Source of the DNA: Octopus vulgaris
Taxonomy: Eukaryota
Assembly: GCA_951406725.2 (NCBI GenBank)
Contig: OX597824.1
Span: forward strand, 19,406,001-19,470,000
Reading direction: 5' to 3'
Length of the DNA: 64,000 nt
This document shows, piece by piece, positions 51,813 to 64,000 of the stretch. The notes beneath the pieces were generated by a model. The model saw nothing but the letters and a program-made list of their open reading frames with translations. It was not told the origin of the DNA and searched no databases. Within the stretch, counting starts at the first letter, position 1; each line of letters starts with the position of its first letter. The position numbers and the translations under genes are program-made.

Positions 51813-52058
51813 GCACCCTTTTAAAGCCTAGCCAGTCTCATGGGCCCGGTTTCCCGGTTTCTATGGCGTATGTGTTCCGCAGCTGGACGGGACGCCAGTC
51901 CATCGCAGCGTTGCTCATTTTTGCCAGCTGAGTGGACTGGAGCAACATGAAATGAAGTGTTTTGCTCAAGAACACAACGCGTCGCCCGGTCCAGGAATCG
52001 AAACCACAATCTTACGACCATGATTCTGACAACCTAACCACTAAGCCATGCGCCTCCA
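51813..52058 (-). mobile_element. SINE: head D + CORE-like + V-like tail
   Basis: Shares the 5' half with 11541-11868 and the 3' half with 18967-19238. Confidence 0.85.
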
Positions 52059-52449
52059 CACATGTACACACACACACACATATATATATAATAATGTATG
52101 TATGTAGGTATGTATGTATGTATGTATGTATGTATGTATGTATGTATAAACTTATAAGTATTATTACAATACAATAGTATTATTTTCCAGCGATAAGCAC
52201 CGTGAAGGTTGAATTATAGATAGGAATCAGTGGCACTACAAGGTACCAATGTTGTGCCACTGTGTGAGGACTAACCAGATTTACGATAATAAACATATTC
52301 GGGAAAGTCCGAAACTGGAGTACTCGGTTTTCCAGTTCTCTGTCGTTTTTCCTAGAGATAAGACGAGAATTTTTTATAAATGTTTATTTTTCAAAACGAA
52401 ACGAAACAGTAAGAGGGGAAGATAATGTTTGATTTTGTATACTCCCACT

Positions 52450-52699
52450 TTATTTATATTTGAAAAGTTTCCTCCTACTTTTTTGAATTGCAAAGTCTGT
52501 GATCAGATCCTCAAAATTAATCTTAGGTAACACATCTTCATCTATACTTATTAGAGAGAAAGGCATCGCGAATATTATTTTTGAAACTTTAAAGTGATTT
52601 CTTTTGTCCCGTAAACCATTTACCATTTCTGTGGGGTCCCCTCCTTCTCTTTATGCCCTAAGCACGTGCTTATTTTGCTTAATGGGTAATCCAGCGCTA
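52450..52699 (-). mobile_element. hAT transposon remnant (dimerisation-domain C-terminus + one terminus)
   Basis: 52557-52450 reads SLISIDEDVLPKINFEDLITDFAIQKSRRKLF, like the hATC end LxxLSIE..DFDDxIxxFAxxKxR; terminus TAGCGCTGGATTACCCATTAAGCAAAATAAGCACGTGCTTAGGGC. Confidence 0.7.
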
Positions 52700-52837
52700 T
52701 TCCTGATGAGGTATAAATATAGGCTATTTCCTGAGAAACACTCCACTCGTGTTCTGGGATATCAGTATTGTCGGATTCCAGATTAAATACCAAAATTATT
52801 CGGGTGCAGAAAATCCTGGTTTCACGACCGTAAAACC

Positions 52838-53432
52838 TATTTCTTTACTACCCACAAGGGGCTAAACACAGAGAGGACAAACAAGGACAGACAAACGGAT
52901 TAAGTCGATTATATCGACTCCAGTGCGTAACTGGTGCTTAATTTATCGACCCCGAAAGGATGAAAGGCAAAGTCGACCTCGGCAGAATTTGAACTCAGAA
53001 CGTGGTGGCAGACGAAATACCAATTTCTTTACTAACCACAAGGGGCTAAACACAGAGGACAAACAAGGACAGACAAACGGATTTAGTCGATTATATCGAC
53101 CCCAGTGCGTAACTGGTACTTAATTTATCGCTCCCCAAAGGATGAAGGGCAAAGTCGACCTCGGTGTAAGTTGAACTCAGAACGTAACGGCAGACGAAAT
53201 ACCTATTTCTTTACTACCCACAAGGGGCTACATACACAGTGGACAAACAAGGACAGACAAACGGATTAAGTCGATTATATCGACCCCAGTGCGTAACTAG
53301 TACTTATTTAATCGACACCGAAAGGATGAAAGGCAAAGTGGACCTCGGCGGTATTCGAACTCAGAACGTAACGGCAGACGAAATACGGCGACGCATTTCG
53401 CCCGGCGTGCTAACGTTTCTGTCAACTCACCG
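52838..53432 (-). mobile_element. SINE-C trimer
   Basis: Units at about 52838, 53022 and 53204 with one head. Confidence 0.92.
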
Positions 53433-53693
53433 CGGTTGTAGCGATGAGTGAACTTTAATCCAAATAATAGACAAAGGTATTCTTTAACACATCTTTAATG
53501 ATTCGTTACAATTGTTTCTGCAACACCTCTGCTTGCAACCAGTTTACGCATAAATTCCAAGTGAAAATTTACGTAATGTTTGCAGTTTTAGACATTAGAG
53601 TGACACTTCATCAAACTTGCATGAAGAATGCGCTCTTATATTGTGCTTCTTCCAGACAATTTTTTTTTCTTCTTTCTATTGCTTCTAACTAGA

Positions 53694-53950
53694 CGTGGCT
53701 CTGGGGTAAGTAGCTTGCTTGCCAACCACATGGTCCTTTATTCTTTTATTTGTTTCAGTCATTTGACTGCAGCCATGCTGGAGCACCGCTTTTAGTCGAA
53801 CGAATCGACACCAGGACTTATTCTTTTGTAAGCCTAGTACTTGTTATATCGGTGTTTTTTGCCAAACCGCTAAGTTACGGGGAAGTAAACACACCAACAT
53901 CGGTTGTCAAGCGATGGTGGGGGACAAACACCGACACGCTAACATATTTA

Positions 53951-54016
<66 letters not shown>

Positions 54017-54187
54017 TGTGTGTGTGTGTGTGTGTATGTATATATAGACGACGGGCTTCTTTCAGTTTCCATCTATCAAATCCACTCACATGGCTTTGGT
54101 CTGTCCGAGGCTATAGTAGAAGACACTTGCTCAAGGTGCCACGCAGTGCGACTGAAACCGGAACCATGTGGTTGGTGAGCAAGCTAC
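53694..54187 (-). mobile_element. SINE-A (53737-54187, minus) next to a + strand head fragment (53694-53735)
   Basis: Homology to other A copies. Confidence 0.85.
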
Positions 54188-54189
54188 AA

Positions 54190-56412
<2,223 letters not shown>

Positions 56413-56720
56413 AAAGTAGAACATAAAAATTAAAGCAGCCACTGAGTTAAAGCAAAACCGGTCAGGTATTGTTGAGAAAAGATATGTTCTGTTGTTCCCT
56501 CAGGACACCATTGTGATCAGAAAAATACAGGAGAAAGAGATCTTCACCGGATCACTGATAAGATATTTGCAAATCCAGTACCCAAGGTACACTTTCAACT
56601 TCATATCCATTGCTACTGGAAAAACAGGATATGTGCCAACCCGCCGGGTACCTCCATATCACATTTCAGAAGCTACAAATTATCATTATATTTGGAACAA
56701 TAAAAAAGTTTTAAGACCTT
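56413..56720 (+). mobile_element. Decayed RLE-type (NeSL/CRE/R4-group) LINE 3' fragment
   Basis: PQDTIVIRKIQEKEIFTGSLIRYLQIQYPRYTFNFISIATGKTGYVP resembles K..Y..L.R.LQ..YP...F..IPI..GALGYVP ends. Confidence 0.5.
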
Positions 56721-57229
56721 AAAATTTAAAGGATAATGAACAAAAGAAGATCCTTTTCTTCGCTCAAAATTAACATTGGATTTAAAAAAGAAAAATAACA
56801 TACACATACACATGCACCCACACTTATTATCAGTATAAAATACATATTAGAAAGAACAGAAATTAAACGATCTCATTGAAATTTCAAAAATTTCATTGCT
56901 TTTTCTACAGCTGTTTCGATAACTCACACAACAGTATTACCATTTAGATAATATTAATTATATGAGCATTAACTGGAGGTATCGGAATAATTAAATTAGT
57001 CGAAGTGTTACTAATTACAGTGGAAAATGTTGCTGAAATAAATAAAAAAAATCAATACACCGCTGCTGGTATAGAAATAACAGAAAAAATTATGAAACAG
57101 AAATATGTTTAGCAAAAGCATGTGTAGTAAAGGAAAAACATAAATAGACAATGGGAGGAGATTAAAAGAAGAAAATAGGCAGACAAACATACTGATACGT
57201 ATTTGTTTGCATATATAAATGTCTTTGTG

Positions 57230-57920
<691 letters not shown>

Positions 57921-58181
57921 ACACACGCTGAATGTAACCGTAGTTGGGAAGAAAGTAAATTAAGATTATAGATACACAATCTTTTTTCCCCCACTTCGAC
58001 CACTCCCCTTTCGCAGACACTCTCCCAAAACCTCTTCTCCCTTTGGCAAGCAGCAGTCAAAACATTTTTACGGGTCCAAATATCTCTCAAAAATATTTGA
58101 ATCGGTCTTAAGTTTGTTTAACTTCAGTTTCACTGGTTTGTACATCTACACACAGATGCGAATATAGTATATACCGATATG

Positions 58182-58391
58182 CTCTTTTACTCTTTTACCA
58201 CTTTCAGTCATTTGACTGCGGCCATGCTGGAGCACCGCCTTTAGTCGAGCAAATCGACCCCCAGGACTTATTCTTTGTAAGCCCAGTACTTATCCTATCG
58301 GTCTCTTTTGCCGAACTGCTAAGTGACGGGGACGTAAACACACCAGCATCGGTTGTCAAGCAATGCTAGGGGGACAAACACAGACACACAA

Positions 58392-58458
<67 letters not shown>

Positions 58459-58567
58459 TACGACAGGCTTCTTTCAGTTTCCGTCTACCAAATCCACTCA
58501 CAAGGCATTGGTCGGCCCGGGGCTATAGCAGAAGACACTTGCCCAAGGTGCCACGCAGTGGGACTGA
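58182..58567 (-). mobile_element. SINE-A, head truncated
   Basis: Homology to other A copies. Confidence 0.9.
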
Positions 58568-58581
58568 GGTATGTGTATGAA

Positions 58582-59175
58582 GATAGCGAGATGCCAGAAT
58601 CGTTAGCACGCCGGGCGAAATGCTTAGCGCTATTTCATCTGCCGCTACATTCTGAGTTCAAATTCCCCCGAGGTTGACTTTGCCTTTCATCCTTTCCGGG
58701 TCGATTAAATAAGTACCAGTTACACACTGGCGTCGATATAATCGACTTAATCCGTTTGTCTATCCTTGTTTGTCCCCTCTATGTAGCCCCTTGTGGGCAG
58801 TAAAGAAATAGCTATTTCGTCTGCTTTTACGTTCTGAGTTCAAATTCAACCGAGGTCGACTTTGCCTTTCATCCTTTCGGGGTCGATTAAATAAGTACCA
58901 GTTACACACTGGGGTCGATATAATCGACCTAATCCGTTTGTCTATCTTTGTTTGTCCCCTCTATGTGTGGCCCCTTGTGGGCAGTAAAGAAATAAGAATC
59001 GTTAATACACCGAGTAAAATGGTTTGCAGTATTTCGCCCGTCACGACGTTCTGAGTTCAAATTCCGCCGACATCGACTTTGCTCTTCATAACTTTGAAGC
59101 TCGATAAAATAAGCACCAGTTAATGTAATCGATTATCCCCATAACAGAAATATTCAGGCCTTGTACCTGATGTAG
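58582..59175 (+). mobile_element. SINE-C dimer (58582-58991) followed by an older C2 copy
   Basis: Junction GAAATAGCTATTTC at about 58805-58818. Confidence 0.88.
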
Positions 59176-59217
59176 TAACGTATGTGTGTGTGTGTGTGTG
59201 TATGTATGTGTGTGTGT

Positions 59218-59275
<58 letters not shown>

Positions 59276-59545
59276 GTGTGTATGCTTATGTGTAACGATG
59301 CCTTCGCGAGCGAGCGAAGATTTACGGAAGTGATGTCCACGTCAGTTGCAGATGATGCCTAAAGGGTCCGCTTCGGCACAAACGGGGGCATGAACGCAGA
59401 ACCGCAAAAGCTACATTGGAATATAAACTGATCAGGTTTGACTTGTACGATGATAGGAATCTTGTAAGAAAGTGGATTCAGAGCTGGTGTCCATGACAGG
59501 TTTTCTTAGAAAGATTCCAAATATTTTCTATAAAATTGGCAAGCA

Positions 59546-60000
59546 CATCATCATCATCATTGTTCGACCGTGGTTGAGACAATGGAATTTACCATGTTAC
59601 GCCAGACTTCACGGTCCATCATGGCATTACGGAGGTCCTGTTGCTGGATGCCTGTATCCCTGGAGATTACATCAGGGTAGGAGAGTGTGCGCCCTCTGGT
59701 ATTGCGAGTAGATGGCTTCCAGAGGGAAGAGTAGAAATTACCTCTTTTTCAGCTCTACAACGATGTCCAGCAAACCGGACTCTTCTACCTTTCACAAGAT
59801 ATGACACAGGTGGTTGTTTCCCATATATTTGCATTATGGTTGGATGATGTTTCCACGAGAGATTTTGAGCTCTCATAAGGAGGCGAGTGTAGGTTCCATC
59901 CAACCGCCTCTCAAGCTTCTTTGATAACGTCCAGGTTTCTGAGCCATATAGTAGAATTGGTTATACTGTGGCTTTGAAGATTTCAAGTTTGAAGTCTCTA
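59546..60000 (-). mobile_element. RTE/RTEX-clade LINE 3' end
   Basis: KLEIFKATV*PILLYGSETWTLSKKLERRLDGTYTRLLMRAQNLSWKHHPT...RRVRFAGH...DLRNAMMDREVWR, (GAT)n tail. Confidence 0.88.
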
Positions 60001-60380
60001 CCACACCATGCTTTCTTGGTGAGGAGGGTAATTTTGGGACATCCTGTGGGATAAATAATATGATCCGTCAAAAGTTTAAGGAACTCAGTAGAGTCAACGG
60101 TCATCCAATGTAGTCACGTGTAGACAGTGTTCACCAGTCGTTGCGAAGACAATGCATCTGGGAGAAGGAAATCTCTGAAACAAAAAATGTTTAGCGAGGA
60201 CTTGCAATGCATCCAACGGATAATATTTTGCATAGAAAAAAAATAGACATGAAGATGTCTATATAGTTTCGTCTATGGACGACTGATATACATACATACA
60301 TACATACTCCGGCCTTTGCCATGATAGATCGCTAGCCACTACACATTCTTTATTTTCTCTCCTTGTTTCTTTCTGTGTTC

Positions 60381-60416
60381 CTTTCTGTGGAAGAGCGTAG
60401 GCTCGAAACGTTAAAG
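60381..60416 (+). ncRNA. Minimal hammerhead-like motif, core CTGTGGA, in element 60310-60512
   Basis: CTTT-CTGTGGA-A-GAGC-gtag-GCTC-GAAA-C-GTT-AAAG. Confidence 0.5.
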
Positions 60417-60558
60417 ACTTTTTCACTTCCCGAGCGTTATCCTAATATATTTGTTTGTTGTCTACACCACTTGTCTTCATGTTTTTCAGGGGGGGGGTTG
60501 TGAATTCTCCCTATATATATATGTATGTATGTACGTATGTATGAGTATATATACGTAA

Positions 60559-60604
<46 letters not shown>

Positions 60605-60643
60605 CTATCATAGTGTTTACACGCACACACACACACACACACG

Positions 60644-60676
<33 letters not shown>

Positions 60677-60989
60677 TATACATATATGTGCGAGTGTATG
60701 TACGTTTCTATTGTGGTATGTGTGTGCTCATGTGGATGTGTGTTCTGTGTGTCGGTTTTTCTCAAGTTCAAACGATAAAAATAACACGTACGGGTGATGG
60801 CGGTTTCACAAATAATTAACACCTCCTTCGGAGACAAGGGGTCAGGAACACGCCATCACACTCACACACACACACACACACTTATTCACACGCACATACA
60901 CATACGCATCTCAGGGGACAACAAATAGACGTTTTGTCCGAAATAAGAGAGGTGGCACAATTCAAGTGAGAACACACACACATTCATAT

Positions 60990-61134
60990 CATCATATATG
61001 TATATATATATATATATATAAATATATATATATATAGATATATATATATATACATATATATATGTGTGTATATATATATATATACATATATATATGTGTA
61101 TATATATATATATATGCATGTATATACACATACA

Positions 61135-61186
<52 letters not shown>

Positions 61187-61250
61187 CATATATATATATG
61201 TATGTATGTATGTATGTATTTATGTGTGTATGTATGTGTGTATATATATC
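60990..61250. repeat. (TA)n/(TATG)n microsatellite
   Basis: Directly visible. Confidence 0.95.
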
Positions 61251-61457
61251 CACTTATACGCACATAATAGCCTACAATTAACTTTGTGGCTTCTTTTGGA
61301 ATTGGTTAGCTGGAATTGCTTTTGTTGTCCGCTGATAATTATTTTGATGTTTTCTGTCAAGAATTATAACCGATCTTGTATTTTATTTTTCAAAAGGAAA
61401 TAAAAATGATGTGAGTGGGGAAAAAAAAAAAAAAAGAAAACGTCCAAGGATTTCTCC

Positions 61458-61494
<37 letters not shown>

Positions 61495-62159
61495 GCAAGA
61501 ATAGATAAACGAATAGAAAATATATATATATAAAGGAAATTATTGATACAAAGAGAAAGAGAAAAAAAAAAGAAAGAAAGAAGGTAGGGGTGGATGAAAA
61601 GAAAGTACACGAAGACATTTTAGAAACCTTACGAACTCGCTGACTCTCTTATGTTGTGAATTGACCTAAAGAGGACTCTCACAAGATACTGCCTTTTCTG
61701 ATAAGAAAAAAGGGCGAAAAATGGAAGGATGGAAGGAAGGAAGGAAGTGTGGAAAGAAGGGAAGGAAGAAAGAAATAGAGTGAGAAAATGGCGACCAAAA
61801 CCCGAATGCAATGCACTAAATAAAGGCCCAACTTTTAACCTAAGAAGACAATAAAGGTCGTATTTGTTGTTGGGCCAATGGATGAGCTCCCTTCCTTCCT
61901 CTTTTGTGTTTTGTATTTATAGCTGGAAAAAATGTGTGGACTTCCGGTCAATGATACGGCGTCGTCGTCATCTTTCTCTCTCTTTGCGGACTTTTGTAGG
62001 GTTTTTTCGTTTTTTGTTTGGTGGTTGTTGTCTTGTTTTTTTTTTCGTTTCTTTTTATTTATTTATTTATTTTCTTTTCAGCCATTTGTAACTTATTCGT
62101 GTTTCGTTTTTAAGGTTCTGTTTCTTTTTAATAAAGCCGGTTATTAGGAAGGGTCATGG

Positions 62160-62683
62160 TCGCGACGATGACGACGATACTACTGCGGTTGCTGCTGCTG
62201 CCGCTGCTGCTGCCACTGCTGCTGCTACTGATGATGATGATGATGACATTTACGAAAACGTCATCATCGCCATCGTCGTCGTCGTCGCCGTCATCCCCCT
62301 TCAACATCATCATCATCATTATCACCATCATCATCATCATCATCATCATCATCCATCATCACCATCCTCATCACCATCATCATCATCATCATCATCACCG
62401 TCATCATCATCATCATCATCATCTTCATCATCATCATCACCAACATCATCATCATCATCATCACTATCATCATCATCATCATCATCATCATCTTCATCAT
62501 TATCATCATCATCATCATCATCATCACCATCATCATCACCATCATCATCACCATCCTCATCACCATCATCATCATCATCATCATCATCATCACCGTCATC
62601 ATCATCATCATCATCTTCATCATCATCATCATCATCATCATCACCATCATCATCACCATCATCATCACCATCATCACCACCAC

Positions 62684-62738
<55 letters not shown>

Positions 62739-63000
62739 TTCTTCTTCATCAATAGAACCACCACTTTCATTGCTACCACTGCGATCATCATCATCATGCA
62801 CCGAACCGCCTCGATCATCACCATGGCTACCATCATCGTCGTTTTCCTCTTCCCCCTCATGATCATCGTCGTCATCATCATCATCATCAACAACAGTATC
62901 ACTACAATTAACACTATCGCTGCCATCATCTTCATCCTCCTCATCATCATCATCATCAGCATCACCATAATCATGATCATCATCATTATCATTTTGATCC

Positions 63001-63042
<42 letters not shown>

Positions 63043-63100
63043 CCAACACCAACACCACCATCTACACCATTGTCAGCATCGTTGTTCTGGACATCGTCAT
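62160..63100. repeat. (CAT)n-rich array
   Basis: Directly visible. Confidence 0.95.
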
Positions 63101-63416
63101 CGCGGTCTGTATCGTGTTCCATAGATCCATTAGGCTGCCCAAGCATGTCTGCAACGATACCTTAGACAATCTCCTTTCTTTTTTTCGCCATGAAACGTAC
63201 CTTCCTTGGGTTTCTTCGTTTTGTATTCACTACTTCCGGTTTGGCAGTACTTCCGATTCGATGTGATCTCGGTATTCTTATTGAAATTGTAAGCGCGGTG
63301 AGGAGGGGAAAGATTCTACGTGCAATTTCGATAGGAATTTCTTGGAAACCAACTCAAATATAACAGAAAGAAGAAAAAAAAACAGAAATATATACAAAAC
63401 AACAACAACAACAATA

Positions 63417-63575
63417 AAGAAGAAGAAGAAGAAGAAGAAGAAGAAGAAGAAGAAGAAGAAGAAGAAGAAGAAGAAGAAGAAGAAGAAGAAGAAGAAGAAG
63501 AAGAAGAAGAAGAAGAAGAAGAAGAAGAAGAAGAAGAAGAAGAAGAAGAAGAAGAAGAAGAAGAAGAAGAAGAAG
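63417..63575. repeat. (GAA)n, about 52 pure units
   Basis: Directly visible. Confidence 0.97.
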
Positions 63576-63645
63576 AGACCTTTAAGAAACTATCGAATTT
63601 CTTAATGATTCTTTTTACTCTTGTTGTTCTCATGTTTATTAAGTC

Positions 63646-63810
63646 ACGCGAGCTTGGCAGAATCGTTAGCGTATCGGCAAACTGCTTGGTGGCATTTTTT
63701 TTTTTTTTCGGTTCGTTACCTTCTACGCTCGGATCCCATCGAGATCAGCCTTGCCTTTCATCTTTCCGAGGTCGATAAAAGAATTCCCGGAGTCGGACTA
63801 ATCGACTTCC
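63646..63810 (+). mobile_element. Old diverged SINE-C
   Basis: GCGAGCTTGGCAGAATCGTTAGC...TTGCCTTTCATCTTTCCGAGGTCGATAAAA. Confidence 0.7.
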
Positions 63811-64000
63811 TAAACTGATGAAATTGACATGGACAAAGTCCAGTATAGACAACTGATGGCCTAATGTTTGCGGAAAAATTGTGAGAGGGTGAAAACCTCG
63901 AAGGTTGCAGTGGGAAGTCTTTGACTTAATTTAAGCCCATTGATTTTACTTAAGCCTTCTCGCTATTGAGAACTTTTCTCGACTTGGGGCTTTTTTCTGC

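Noticed and set aside
52228-52262. Palindrome CAGTGGCAC...GTGCCACTG as the second hAT TIR
   Set aside because: Does not match the terminus at 52699 and no 8-bp TSD was seen.
52703-52745. CTGATGA...GAAAC as a hammerhead
   Set aside because: No convincing stems II, III or I; it spans the junction of two unrelated segments.
60050-60200. Strong minus-strand splice acceptor CTAAACATTTTTTGTTTCAG
   Set aside because: All three downstream frames stop within about 30 codons; no support for a coding exon, though a non-coding exon is not excluded.

Overview
Eukaryotic, AT-rich, repeat-saturated non-coding DNA (intronic or intergenic). No intact host protein-coding gene can be supported; almost all ORFs in the supplied track are translations of microsatellites. 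From the SINE families and extreme microsatellite load I infer an octopus/coleoid cephalopod genome (recognised from memory, not by search). Contents: dozens of tRNA-headed SINE copies (labelled A-D here) with shuffled head/body/tail modules; 3' fragments of R4/Dong-like, RTE, CR1-like and possibly L1/Tx1-like LINEs; Tigger, mariner, hAT and piggyBac-like DNA-transposon remnants; a non-autonomous Helitron; and a degenerate 5S rRNA copy with a SINE-like tail. The most notable signal is about 11 type I hammerhead-ribozyme-like motifs, mostly in short elements inserted in (TA)n tracts (Penelope-like): one fully canonical (32987-33076) and two families with repeated non-canonical cores. Also notable: SINE-C one-head/multi-body arrays with an ACC insertion preference, and several locally generated fold-back palindromes and templated duplications. 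Coordinates were read by eye and repeat boundaries are approximate.
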